From NCBI GenBank assembly GCA_963675595.2, contig CAXXLZ010000002.1:416001-480000 (forward strand): a stretch of 64,000 bases of DNA, written 5' to 3'. The stretch is from Thermodesulfobacteriota bacterium (lineage in GTDB: Bacteria; Desulfobacterota; Desulfarculia; JACQYL01). The position numbers were made by a program, and so were the translations under genes. The notes beneath the pieces are model-generated. The model made no database searches and was not told the origin of the DNA. It worked only from the letters and a program-made list of their open reading frames with translations. Positions 8,873 through 18,872 of the stretch are shown here, piece after piece. Position 1 is the first letter of the stretch; every line of letters starts with the position of its first letter.

Positions 8873-8909
8873 GCGGGGAAATCGGATGATCGGTTTCCTC
8901 GCTTTTTTT
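8873..8909 (+). terminator. Rho-independent terminator
   Basis: Stem gcggggaaatcg / cggtttcctcgc followed by a T7 tract. Confidence 0.7.
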
Positions 8910-9319
8910 AGACCGGGTTCCCGGTCGACGTCCGGGGTCGGCCGTATCGCCTTACGCCGCTCCGAAGAGGCTGGAAGGACAATTACGGAGTGATTCGGGC
9001 TAAAACCGGCAAAATTTCACACAATCCCACTTGGCGGTCGAATCTCAAAGAAAATTCGATCATCCGGAACCGAATACCGAGCGACCGGGGTTTGCCCGAA
9101 CGCAATCCGATTGCTATCCTGTTATGAAGTCATCTCCCCGTTCCCGTAGCGATAGCTCCTGCAAGCGTTTTCCGATAAGTCCCGTCCCGCCTGCGCATCC
9201 GACTCCTCACACCGCCGACCGGCAGTGCCGGTATTGGAGTGGACGGCGGTCTTAGGATACCGCGCCGGTGACCCTCCCGGCGTCCTGTCCCGTCCCACCC
9301 GAATACAGGAGGCGCCTCA

Positions 9320-11209
9320 GTGAAGACTTTCTTAAGAATCCTTTTGTGCTTTTTCCTGGTTCCCTTCTTTTCGCCCTTGCCCGATGCCGCGGCTCAGTTC
9401 GACCCGCCTTCCATAGGAAGATTCGCGGTGATGTCCGTCAACGGTGAGGGCATGTATCTCTTTTCCATCACAGGACCCGGTCCGTTCGATATTGCATCGG
9501 TAAGTGTCGACGGTCCCTCCGGAATAGTCGAGTTCGGGCCGGACGAATTGCTGATGCGCCTCTCGCAGAACACCCGGACTTTTGACTACCTGATCCAAAC
9601 CACAGCCGCATCGGTCACGGGAACTCACACGATCACCGTGGAAGACGCCTTGGGGAGAACGGACGAAGCTTCGGCGGATTTTACCTTCAGAGACGACGTG
9701 CCCGCACCGCCGATGGAGAGCCTGAGTCCCCAAGATGAGGCATATGCGGGCGGTACCACTCCCACACTGAGCTTCTCGCCCGTAACCGGAGACTATCGTT
9801 ACATCATTCACGCCCGGGCCTTCAACGACCCGCTGACTATTGTCTGGAACTCGGACTTCCTGTTGGAACCTTCCGTGAAAATTCCCGCCGGAATCCTTTG
9901 GGAAGGCGATGCCTACGACTGGTATGCCGCGGTTACCGATGCATCGGATGCCGACAATCCCTCGGGCAACTATCGCCTGTCGGGTCCCTATCGATTCTAC
10001 GCCGGTTCGAAAGGTACACCGCTGGTCGGCAGCGCCGGCGCGGCGGTCATCGATCGCCCCTCGCTCCCCGACCTCTTTCTTTACGGTTTCCGGGTCGAGA
10101 ATGTGGCGCCGTGGGACTTGGTTTCTCTGACGGCGGTCCAGCCCGGAGGGCAGGAAACCGTGTACGATACCTTTACCACTTCCATCCAAATATTCGAACC
10201 TCAGATCACCTATGCTTTCCCATCCGGTTTGGCCGACGGCACACATGATTTGCTTCTCGAGGACGACGAAGGTCGATCGGAGGCGTTCTCCCTCGAGTAC
10301 TCGAAAGGCGAGGCTCCGGCGGTGGACGAGTCGTTGAGGACACCGGCCGACAAGTCTTATGTGAGCACCCTCACGCCTTTGCTCCAATGGACGCCGCCCG
10401 CGGAAGGGCTCTACTATCGAGTCATGGTCTACAAGTACAAATCAAGCACCATCATTTACGAAGGCCGGTTTTCCAATGAGACTTCGGCTAGCGTGCCTGA
10501 AAACCTGCTTGTGAACCATGCATCGTACCAGTGGGAAGTCCACGTATGCCCTTCACTGGACCCCCTCGGGCTCATGGTATACAGTAAACGGGCCGCATTC
10601 ACCGTGAACCTGAACCCGACTCTTCCCGACAACGGTATCTGGAAAAGCGACGACGGATCCCTGAATTTCTACCTTCAGAAGTACGAAGCCGGTTCCGCCA
10701 TTGTGGTCGTCAAGGACACGGGCGGAACATACACGGTGTTTCTCGACCCGGACTATTTCGACGGCATTGATCAGGCTCAAGATTTCGACCAGGGAGGGTA
10801 CTCCCTCTCCCTGAATTTCACGGACACTTCCCACGGCACCTTGTCGGGGACCCTACCGGGCGGCTCCGTGTCAAACATACCCGTGTCCTTGGCTTTCGCC
10901 GACACGCACGCGCCCGAGGGACCGGTCAACGGAATCTGGAAGAGCGACGACGGATTGCTCAATTTCTACCTTCAGAAATACGAAGCCGGATCGGTCATTC
11001 TGGTGGTCAAATATCAGGGAGGCGGCTACGCGGTCTTCTTGGACGGTGATTACCCGGACGGCGTGAGCGCGGAAGACGATTTCGACGGCCGAGGCTACAA
11101 TATGACCTTGAGCCTCACGGACCAGTCTCAGGGCCTCTTTTCAGCTTCGCTGCCGGGGGGCGAGCTTTCTTCCACGGCAGTATCAAGATGGTTCGGAGAT
11201 ATCCGTTAA
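9320..11209 (+). CDS. Secreted beta-rich protein with Ig/Fn3-like modules and two C-terminal GIWK domains
   Basis: Signal peptide MKTFLRILLCFFLVPFFSPLPDAAA (GTG start behind AGGAGG). Two related modules TP.L..(.)P....Y....S...P...L....Y.W. Two ~99-aa repeats starting NGIWKSDDG at 10631 and 10928. Confidence 0.8.
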   Translation: MKTFLRILLCFFLVPFFSPLPDAAAQFDPPSIGRFAVMSVNGEGMYLFSITGPGPFDIASVSVDGPSGIVEFGPDELLMRLSQNTRTFDYLIQTTAASVTGTHTITVEDALGRTDEASADFTFRDDVPAPPMESLSPQDEAYAGGTTPTLSFSPVTGDYRYIIHARAFNDPLTIVWNSDFLLEPSVKIPAGILWEGDAYDWYAAVTDASDADNPSGNYRLSGPYRFYAGSKGTPLVGSAGAAVIDRPSLPDLFLYGFRVENVAPWDLVSLTAVQPGGQETVYDTFTTSIQIFEPQITYAFPSGLADGTHDLLLEDDEGRSEAFSLEYSKGEAPAVDESLRTPADKSYVSTLTPLLQWTPPAEGLYYRVMVYKYKSSTIIYEGRFSNETSASVPENLLVNHASYQWEVHVCPSLDPLGLMVYSKRAAFTVNLNPTLPDNGIWKSDDGSLNFYLQKYEAGSAIVVVKDTGGTYTVFLDPDYFDGIDQAQDFDQGGYSLSLNFTDTSHGTLSGTLPGGSVSNIPVSLAFADTHAPEGPVNGIWKSDDGLLNFYLQKYEAGSVILVVKYQGGGYAVFLDGDYPDGVSAEDDFDGRGYNMTLSLTDQSQGLFSASLPGGELSSTAVSRWFGDIR

Positions 11210-11396
11210 CCCAAGTTCCTTTACTCGAAAAAGGTGCAATGGGGCTCTCCGCGGGAGGCACCCATTCTACGTGCCCGCACGGGGAGCTCCTTTGCAGATT
11301 CAGGAGATGTGAGGAACGTTGGAAATGAGTGAGGAGACCTAGTTCCGCCTCAGCCTCTCCGCCGAAGCCGGTGATACGCCGACCCCGAGCACCCAC

Positions 11397-13271
11397 TCAG
11401 CGCGTTCTCCTCCCCGACCTCTGGTTTGAGCCTTCCTCTTCGTCGGAACCGGACGCAGAGGCCGACTCCAGAATCAAAGGCCTATACAGGGAGGGTCTAC
11501 GGGACGAAACGGCCTTTTCTTGATTGAACCACCAGTTCTTCGCCAGGGTGGTGAACTCGACCACGAGCACCTCTTCCGAGTCCCCTGAAGCGACAATGGG
11601 CCGATCGTGACTCTCGGACGGCTCCAAACCGTAGAGGGCCGTTCTTCCTAAAAATCCATCACCGCCGACAAAGTTGGCCACCAAGGTATAGGCTTGAGCC
11701 GTCCGAGCGGTGGAATCCCACACGGATAAAGCGCCCTCGGGGTAGAACTTCTCCGAAATCGCCGAACTGCCGAGGACCTCCTTGCCGAACTCCCCTTTCC
11801 AGGCCGATGGTATCGCGATCACATCGGCGCGCTTTACCATAAGGACACCCGCAGCCTCGGGAAAAAGGACGTCTTCACCGATGAGCAATCCCATTCGTCC
11901 CAGACGAGTTTGAAAAACGGGGATGTCGTCGCCGGGCTCCGCCCAGGTCAAATCCGATTCCCCCAGATGAGTCTTTCGGTATGTCCCGACAATGTCGCCG
12001 TCGGGGCCCACCAGCATGGCGGTGTTGTAAAGCCGATCTCCCTCCCGCTCGATGAAGCCGAAAATCAGATACACCTGCTCGCCCCGTGCCAGGTTGATGA
12101 ACCGACGCACCATTTCACCGTCCCGGGTCTGCGACAGCCCCAGCGCTCTTGAACGGTTGTCCACTTCACCCGTAGCTGAGAGCTCGGGGAGTACCACCAA
12201 ATCCAGATTCTGGTTCCAGTTCACCTTCCGGATCAGCCTTCGGATCATTTCCACGTTGGACTCGGGGTCGCCGCCGGTGGGGTCGTATTGGAGCAAGGCC
12301 GCGGTAATCTTTTTGGGCTCCTCGGTCTTCTGCTCATCCCACGGCGACACGTACAGGAGAAGCTCCTTGTAAAGTTCGGGACGACGGCCGGCCAGCCGTC
12401 TTTTACCGGCATTGTCGTATTTCGTCGGATCAATCCGCGCATATAGGATCGTGGTTTCGTCCACGTCGTCTTCCTCTTGGGGGAGCCATTCCGATTCCGC
12501 CAGATTGAGCCCTTCGGGCGACCAGACCGCGCTCGCCCCGATCATGTGGAAACCCTTTTCGGTGTTGGTACGATTCGCAGCCACAATGTACAGCCCGTTT
12601 TGTTCCGCTCTGCCCTGAAGGATCGAGAGGGACGTGGAGCCCGAGTTCGTGGGTATGGCCAGAATATCCGCACCCTGCAAGGCGGCCAGCCGTGCGGGCT
12701 CAAAGTAAAGCGAATCCATACAGATATTGACGGCGACACCTCCCAGGTCCGTGGGAAACACCGGTACACCCAGATCCCCACGCACCGCCCAGTGAGCCTC
12801 CGTTTCCCATTGGTGGGTCTTCCGGTACTTGCCGATGTATCCTTCCGGCCCGACCAGAAAGGCGGAATCGTAATAGAGTTTCGTCTCCGGATCCACCTCC
12901 GGCATGCCTGCCACAATGTAGACCCCGTGCTGTCGCGCGGCTTCTACGAAACGGTCCGTTGTTCGTCCCGGAATGGTATCCACGAAGGGCGCAACGGCTT
13001 TCCGATCGGCGTAATCGTATCCCGTGACGGCCATTTCCGGCGCCACTACGAGTCGCGCTCCCTCTCCGGCGGCCCGCCCCACCGCTTCCAGCAGACGATC
13101 GACGTTCCCCTCCCGCTGATTCAATTCCGGGTTGAACTGGATCGCCGCCACAATAAAGGTCCCATCAGGTACGGTGAACCCCGCCGGCCCCGTGGCACAG
13201 GCCGCGAAAAGCAGCAAGGACAAAAGCGGAAACAACCATGCCGGCCGTAGAAAGCGTGATTTCGAGATCAT
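11397..13271 (-). CDS. Lipoprotein with two tandem carbon-nitrogen hydrolase (nitrilase family) domains
   Basis: Lipobox LLFAAC. Domain 1 has VAPEM / YRKTH / NICMD (E-K-C triad). Domain 2 has LPEL / YRKTH / LIGED (Cys absent). Confidence 0.85.
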   Translation of the reverse strand: MISKSRFLRPAWLFPLLSLLLFAACATGPAGFTVPDGTFIVAAIQFNPELNQREGNVDRLLEAVGRAAGEGARLVVAPEMAVTGYDYADRKAVAPFVDTIPGRTTDRFVEAARQHGVYIVAGMPEVDPETKLYYDSAFLVGPEGYIGKYRKTHQWETEAHWAVRGDLGVPVFPTDLGGVAVNICMDSLYFEPARLAALQGADILAIPTNSGSTSLSILQGRAEQNGLYIVAANRTNTEKGFHMIGASAVWSPEGLNLAESEWLPQEEDDVDETTILYARIDPTKYDNAGKRRLAGRRPELYKELLLYVSPWDEQKTEEPKKITAALLQYDPTGGDPESNVEMIRRLIRKVNWNQNLDLVVLPELSATGEVDNRSRALGLSQTRDGEMVRRFINLARGEQVYLIFGFIEREGDRLYNTAMLVGPDGDIVGTYRKTHLGESDLTWAEPGDDIPVFQTRLGRMGLLIGEDVLFPEAAGVLMVKRADVIAIPSAWKGEFGKEVLGSSAISEKFYPEGALSVWDSTARTAQAYTLVANFVGGDGFLGRTALYGLEPSESHDRPIVASGDSEEVLVVEFTTLAKNWWFNQEKAVSSRRPSLYRPLILESASASGSDEEEGSNQRSGRRTR

Positions 13272-13314
13272 CGTCGCCCCTTCCGATCAACCCGTTGTAG
13301 ACATCCAATCACTG

Positions 13315-13437
13315 CGGGCCTGTGAAAAACGATGAAATACGTGGCGCGCAAATCCCGGGGAGTCGGACGTACACGGAGTATGTGGCGCCGACGAGGGAAG
13401 AAGTGCAACGCCGCGGATCGCGTTTTTCACCGGCCCG
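13315..13437. repeat. ~120-bp non-coding element with terminal inverted repeats (MITE/REP-like), copy 1
   Basis: Ends cgggcctgtgaaaaacg and cgtttttcaccggcccg are inverted repeats with 1 mismatch. A diverged copy lies at ~48805-48927. Confidence 0.7.
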
Positions 13438-13459
13438 GTTGGCCTCGGCAGCGCGGTCG

Positions 13460-13999
13460 TCAGGCCCCCGACCGCATTCCGAAGTAACCCGACAAGAGAC
13501 ACAAGGACAAGATCGTCTTGCTGTCCGTGATTTTTTCACGTCCCACGAGGTCCCGGACTTCGTCCAGGGTCAGAATCTCTACTTTGGATATTTCGTTCTC
13601 GTCCACGAAATCGTTCTTTTTTTCGAGGTTGCGGGCTTCGAAAATCTCAATCACCTCGTCGGAATAGCCAATAGCCGGGTAATAGGCGAAAATCCGGCGG
13701 AGGAGGCCCGCTTCGTAGCCGGTTTCCTCGAGGAGTTCTCGACGAGCGCACACCTCGACGGTTTCACCCGGGTCCGTCTTACCGGCCGGGATTTCCAGCG
13801 TTTCTCGGCCTATGGCATAGCGATACTGCCGGACCATGAGAATCCGTCCATCATCGAGAAAGGGCGCCACGGCGGCGGCCGTGGGGTGGTTCACCCGGAT
13901 GCGCTCGGTGGTATGACCGGACCGAAGGCGGACTTCATCGAGGTGAGCGGAGAAATGCCTAGCGGAAATGCTTGCCAGAGTCCGTAATCTTTCTTCCAT
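13460..13999 (-). CDS. NUDIX hydrolase (ADP-ribose pyrophosphatase-like)
   Basis: VRQYRY, then EIPAGKTDPGETVEVCARRELLEETGY (Nudix box), ITDSKT. Confidence 0.9.
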   Translation of the reverse strand: MEERLRTLASISARHFSAHLDEVRLRSGHTTERIRVNHPTAAAVAPFLDDGRILMVRQYRYAIGRETLEIPAGKTDPGETVEVCARRELLEETGYEAGLLRRIFAYYPAIGYSDEVIEIFEARNLEKKNDFVDENEISKVEILTLDEVRDLVGREKITDSKTILSLCLLSGYFGMRSGA

Positions 14000-14007
14000 A
14001 TGTTCAC

Positions 14008-15456
14008 TCAGCCTTTGATAACGCCCCAGGGATTCAATCGCGCCACTTTCCGGGAAATTCCGGATTGATGCGCCACGTTCACCACCTGGTCGATGTTCTT
14101 GTATGCCTCGGGCATTTCTTCAGCCAGGGTCGCTTTGCCCGCGGACTTCACGTAAATGCCCTGATCTTCCAACTCCCTGTAGAGGGCTCTCCCCCGGGCG
14201 CTCTTTTTCGCCGCGGTTCTGGAGAGCACTCTGCCGGCTCCGTGACATGTGGAGCCGAACGTCTGCTCCATGGCTCCCCGGGTTCCCGCCATGATGTAGG
14301 AGTGAGTCCCCATATCCCCGGGAATGAGAACGGGTTGACCCGTGTCTCGAAAGGCGGCGGGCAGATCTGGATGGCCCGGAGGGAACGCCCGCGTGGCCCC
14401 TTTACGGTGAACACACACTTTCATTTTTTTGCCGTCGATGTGGTGCTCCTCCACCTTGGCGATGTTATGACAAACATCGTAAAGCAGACGGATTCCGTGC
14501 TCTCTCGGCGCCAATCCCAACTGCTGTTCGAAAGTCTCGATGGTCCAGTGCATGAGCATCTGGCGGTTGGCCCAGGCGTAGTTGGCCGCGCAGGCCATGG
14601 CGCCGCGGTAGCGTCGAGCGGTTTCCGAACCGAGAGGAGCATAGACCAATTGTCGATCCGGCGGCATCCGGTTGTCCCGCCTGCTTTCCCGCTGCAGGAT
14701 CTCGAGAAAATCCTCGCAGACTTGATGCCCCAAACCCCGTGAGCCCGAGTGGATCAGCACCGTGACGCGCCCTTCCTCCAAACCGAAAGAGGCGGCCGTC
14801 TCCGCATCATAAACCTCGTCCACCCACCCCACTTCCACAAAATGATTGCCGGACCCCAAGGTGCCGAGCTGCGACTTGCCTCGTTGCATGGCCCGGTCTC
14901 CGACCTCTCGAGGGTCCGCCTCTTCCAGTACCCCTCCCTCTTCGGTATGAAGCAGATCGTCCGGTTCGCCGAATCCTTCCTTCACCGCCCAGCCTGCCCC
15001 CTCCTTGAGCACCCGTCGCTCGTCGGCGGAGGACAGCTTGATGGGCCCTTTGCTCCCCATACCCGTGGGAATATGATTGAAAAGACCGATCACCAGGTCC
15101 TTGATCCGGTCCGCGATGTCCTCACGTTTCAGCGCCGTGATCAGAAGCCGACAACCGCAATTGATATCGTACCCCACACCGCCCGGGGAAACCACACCAT
15201 CCTCCATGCGGAAAGCGGCCACGCCGCCGATGGGGAAACCATATCCCGAGTGCGCGTCGGGCATGGCCAAGGCATATTTCAATATGCCCGGGAGCTGCGC
15301 CACCCGGGCCAATTGAACCACACTATCATCGGCCTGAATCGCGGGGATCATCTCTTCCGATGCATAGACAATTCCGGGTACGCGCATATCTCCGGTCTTG
15401 GGAATCTCCCAACGACAGGCGTCGAGTCGCTGCAATTTAATCTTGGAGGCGCTCAC
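14008..15456 (-). CDS. rtcB: RNA ligase RtcB
   Basis: MPDAHSGYGFPIGGV, GYDINCG, GTLGSGNHF, HSGSRG, HNIAK, HRKGAT, HGAGR, EEMPEAYK. Confidence 0.95.
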   Translation of the reverse strand: MSASKIKLQRLDACRWEIPKTGDMRVPGIVYASEEMIPAIQADDSVVQLARVAQLPGILKYALAMPDAHSGYGFPIGGVAAFRMEDGVVSPGGVGYDINCGCRLLITALKREDIADRIKDLVIGLFNHIPTGMGSKGPIKLSSADERRVLKEGAGWAVKEGFGEPDDLLHTEEGGVLEEADPREVGDRAMQRGKSQLGTLGSGNHFVEVGWVDEVYDAETAASFGLEEGRVTVLIHSGSRGLGHQVCEDFLEILQRESRRDNRMPPDRQLVYAPLGSETARRYRGAMACAANYAWANRQMLMHWTIETFEQQLGLAPREHGIRLLYDVCHNIAKVEEHHIDGKKMKVCVHRKGATRAFPPGHPDLPAAFRDTGQPVLIPGDMGTHSYIMAGTRGAMEQTFGSTCHGAGRVLSRTAAKKSARGRALYRELEDQGIYVKSAGKATLAEEMPEAYKNIDQVVNVAHQSGISRKVARLNPWGVIKG

Positions 15457-15468
15457 AAAGGTTTCCGT

Positions 15469-16530
15469 CTAATTCGTCTTGGCTTTTTTTCGAGTGCTGG
15501 AATGCCTTCGGATCAAGCCGTAGACCAGCTTCCCCACTTCGCTTTCATCCTTGATCATGCCTTTGAGCTCTTTGAGCGGCACTTCGGCCCGCGCCATGGT
15601 TTTGTGGCCTCCCGCCCGACCCCATTGGCTGAACAGCTTGCTCGCCAGTTTTCCCGCGTTCCTGCGATATCCGTGGGTTCTGAACACCACCACGAGCTTC
15701 TGTCCCACCACCGCGCTGGCAATGCTCCAGGATGTTTCAGCGAGTTTCAGAAAGAGGTCGGCGACCTGCACGCAGATGTCACCGTTGGGCACCTTGCCCA
15801 AATGGGTGAAGGCGAACTGCTTCCAGAGCTTCAGATTGGCCATGGCCTTTCGATAGTACGTCAGGGAGTTCTTGGTGATTTCCGAATTCTCGATGCTCTG
15901 GATGACATTCATATTGGTGAAACCGAAAAGATACCGAAAGGCGACCATGTCGGCCTGAATGCCGCCTCGAACGAAATTCATGGTATCCGTCTTGATCCCG
16001 TAAAACAACGCCGCGGCCAGTTGCGCCGAAGGTTTGATCCTGGCGGTTTTGAGGTATTCGGTGAAGATCGTCGACGTAGCCCCATAGTGCGGACGAATAT
16101 CCACGAAAGGCGCCTTGACGGAGTCTCCCAAAGGGTGGTGGTCCACGATGATATGGAAACTCAATTTCTCGAAAGACGCGTTGTGATGCGGCTGGGAATC
16201 CACGATGGCCAATCGGGTGAATCTGGTCGGGTCGAATTCCTTGATGGGTCTCAACTTCACGCCCGTCAGTCGAACCAGGGCCATGTTGTCGCCGCGTCGA
16301 ATGGGGTGGGTATTGAATATGGCCGTGCTGCGCACCTTTCTCCAACACAGTCGCTTGAGCGCCATGGCGCTCCCGATGGCGTCGGGGTCCGCGCTGATGA
16401 GGATCGCCAACGTATCTTCGTGATCCAGCACGTCGTACAGCCGCTTAAGTCGCTCCTTCATGGGAACGGATCGGGCAAATCCCTGCTCCATCAAAGGACA
16501 TTCAAGCCGCTCCTTTTTCAACCCCGTCAT
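15469..16530 (-). CDS. DHH family phosphoesterase
   Basis: ADPDAIGSA, IVDSQ, IVDHHP, GATSTI, GIKTDT, AGGH. Start uncertain (16530, 16491 or 16461). Confidence 0.88.
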   Translation of the reverse strand: MTGLKKERLECPLMEQGFARSVPMKERLKRLYDVLDHEDTLAILISADPDAIGSAMALKRLCWRKVRSTAIFNTHPIRRGDNMALVRLTGVKLRPIKEFDPTRFTRLAIVDSQPHHNASFEKLSFHIIVDHHPLGDSVKAPFVDIRPHYGATSTIFTEYLKTARIKPSAQLAAALFYGIKTDTMNFVRGGIQADMVAFRYLFGFTNMNVIQSIENSEITKNSLTYYRKAMANLKLWKQFAFTHLGKVPNGDICVQVADLFLKLAETSWSIASAVVGQKLVVVFRTHGYRRNAGKLASKLFSQWGRAGGHKTMARAEVPLKELKGMIKDESEVGKLVYGLIRRHSSTRKKAKTN

Positions 16531-16770
16531 AATCCTCCCATCTACGCAATGCCCGTCTTCATGTTCGGTTTTTCGGGAGGCCCGAGAAATGCGCCCCTTC
16601 CGCAAGACTGCGGACTCACGTATCATTTTATTGTAGGTTCGAAATCCGCCGCCGTCAATGGAAGTCGGCCGGCTCCAAGCCTCTCTGCGTGGGGACGCGC
16701 CAAATCCTGTTGACTCCTTTTCCTATTCCGGTAAGATGCAAAAGCCTAGGATTGTAACCGGTTAGCTCAT

Positions 16771-17880
16771 TTGAAAATAAAGGAAAGTCCTCTGCAACCC
16801 ATCTATCCCTTCACCGCCATTCTAGGCCAGGAGAACATGAAGCTGGCCCTGCTGCTCAACGTGGTTCATCCGTCGTTGGGCGGGGTTTTGATCCGAGGCC
16901 ATCGCGGCACGGCGAAAAGTACGGCCGTGCGAGCCTTGCCGAGCCTCATGCCCTCCGTCAGGGAAGTCCAAGACTGCCCTTTTCACTGCGACCCCGACCG
17001 TCCGCGTCTTTTCTGCGACAACTGCGCCTCGTCGGCGTCCAGGGGGGAGCCCCTCGCGCCCGTGGAACGCCCCAAACGCCTCGTGAACCTCCCCATCGGA
17101 ACCACCGAGGACCGACTCCTGGGCTCTCTGGATCTGGAACAGGCCCTGACTCAAGGAAAACGGAGATTTGAACCGGGGCTTCTGGCTCAGGCCAATGGAG
17201 CCATTCTGTACGTGGACGAAGTGAACCTGCTCAGCGACCACCTGGTGGACCTCCTCCTGGACGTTGCCGGTATGGGAGTCAACTACGTCGAACGGGAAGG
17301 GATTTCCTTTCAGCACCCCAGCCGCTTCATCCTCGTGGGAACCATGAACCCGGAGGAAGGAGACCTGCGCCCGCAGCTGTTGGATCGGTTCGGTCTTTGC
17401 GTGGACGTGGAAGGCAGCCGCGACCCCGCGGAAAGAGCGGAAATCGCTCGACGCCGTCTGGCCTTTGAATCGGACCCCGACGAATTCACGGAGCAATGGG
17501 CGGAACAGGAAGCGGACCTCGCCGCACGGATCGCCGAAGGCATGGAGCGGGTGGGGGACGTCCGAATCCCCGCCGAACTCTGGGAACTGGCGGCGCGATT
17601 CTCCATCAGTTATGAGGCGGAAGGACACCGCAGCGACCTCACCATGATCAAAGCGGCCACGGCCCTTGCCGCGTTTCACGGGCATGCGGAAGCCGATACC
17701 CGCGATCTGGTTCGCGCGGCGGAATTCTCACTCCCCCACCGGGCTAAGAAACACGGTCTGCGCCACGGAAAGGTGGAACGCAAGAAGATCGAGGAACTCG
17801 CGGAACAGCTTTCCCGGGAAATGCAGGAGCAGCAGGCGGCCGCCGGCGGAAGCGTAAAAAAAAAGCTCCAGGCCCTCTGA
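16771..17880 (+). CDS. ChlI/BchI-like AAA+ chelatase subunit (0-frame part of a frameshifted chlD-type gene)
   Basis: YPFTAILGQ, GHRGTAKST, TEDRLLGSLD, PGLLAQAN, YVDEVNLL, MNPEEG.LRPQLLDRFG, LPHR. Ends ...VKKKLQAL at an A9G run. Confidence 0.9.
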   Translation: MKIKESPLQPIYPFTAILGQENMKLALLLNVVHPSLGGVLIRGHRGTAKSTAVRALPSLMPSVREVQDCPFHCDPDRPRLFCDNCASSASRGEPLAPVERPKRLVNLPIGTTEDRLLGSLDLEQALTQGKRRFEPGLLAQANGAILYVDEVNLLSDHLVDLLLDVAGMGVNYVEREGISFQHPSRFILVGTMNPEEGDLRPQLLDRFGLCVDVEGSRDPAERAEIARRRLAFESDPDEFTEQWAEQEADLAARIAEGMERVGDVRIPAELWELAARFSISYEAEGHRSDLTMIKAATALAAFHGHAEADTRDLVRAAEFSLPHRAKKHGLRHGKVERKKIEELAEQLSREMQEQQAAAGGSVKKKLQAL

Positions 17881-18704
17881 CAGACGTTCCCACTACCCTA
17901 CCGCCCTCTGGCGACACCGGTGAGTTCAGGCCCTCCATACCCCTGCGGCAACTCATTTCCGCTTCCCGACCCGGTAGGAGAAAACGTGCGCTTTACCGCA
18001 CTGGAGCTGGTTCCGCCGTGTCCCATGCGTCCGGAGACCCGAAGACCGCTTCCGATTTGGCTCTGTCCGCCACGTTTTCCATGGCGGTCCGCCGTCCCCC
18101 GGAATTCAACGAACAGGGCGTCCTGAAGATTCGTCCTTCGGACTTCAGAATGAAGTTAAAAGAACGAAGAACCGGCTTCTCCATCCTGTTCATTGTGGAC
18201 GCGAGTTCGTCCATGAGAGGAAGGGGTCGCATGGCTCAGGCCAAGGGATTGCTCCGGGCCTACTTCAGAGAGAGCTATCTTCGCCGAGACCGGGTGGGTC
18301 TTCTGGCCTTCCGGCATAACCGATCCAAACTGATTTTGCCGCTTACCGGCAATGTCCGTCGGGCGGAACAGGCCCTGGAGGAGCTGGAAGTGGGGGGCAA
18401 GACGCCTCTCGCCGAAGGCATGGCGTTGGGATTCAGGACCCTTCTCCAGGAGCGCTACCGAAACCCGGATCAGGAAACCATCCTGGTCGTGGTCTCCGAC
18501 GGCAAGCCCAACCTGAGCCTGTACGGGGACGACCCCCTTGAAGAAGCCTTAAGCGTGGCCCGACGCATCGGCCGCAATCGGGCGGCGCTGGTCTTCGTAG
18601 ACACGGAGGACGACCCTTTGGCATTCGGCTACGGACCTCAGGTGGCGCGCGCGGGAGAAGGCATCTACCGAACCATGGCGGACCTGCTCAAAGGGAACGG
18701 TTGA
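17856..18704 (+). CDS. ChlD-type linker plus von Willebrand A domain, in the -1 frame relative to the upstream AAA ORF
   Basis: The -1 frame is open from the A-run at 17856 to TGA at 18704: KKAPGPLTDVP...GRRKRA...DLALSAT...IVDASSSM (MIDAS)...RDRVGL.AF...GGKTPLAEG...VSDGKPN. Confidence 0.82.
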   Translation, partial: KKKAPGPLTDVPTTLPPSGDTGEFRPSIPLRQLISASRPGRRKRALYRTGAGSAVSHASGDPKTASDLALSATFSMAVRRPPEFNEQGVLKIRPSDFRMKLKERRTGFSILFIVDASSSMRGRGRMAQAKGLLRAYFRESYLRRDRVGLLAFRHNRSKLILPLTGNVRRAEQALEELEVGGKTPLAEGMALGFRTLLQERYRNPDQETILVVVSDGKPNLSLYGDDPLEEALSVARRIGRNRAALVFVDTEDDPLAFGYGPQVARAGEGIYRTMADLLKGNG

Positions 18705-18872
18705 GGGGAAGGGTTCTTCTTTGTTCAAATTCACGGGACCTGGGACCGCTTGGACACAATTTCCGGGTCATTGATCGGAAGCCGAAGCCGGCAGGCCGAC
18801 GGAAGCTGCGAGTCACCGTATGCATGAAAGACTTACGAGGAATGAAAACCCCGACCTCATGAAGCGCCACGC

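Noticed and set aside
14749-16713. 654-aa plus-strand ORF, and similar long antisense ORFs at 4781-6016, 32982-34304, 49674-51314, 51989-53569 and 61170-62282
   Set aside because: Each lies opposite a well-supported gene and shows no recognisable domain.
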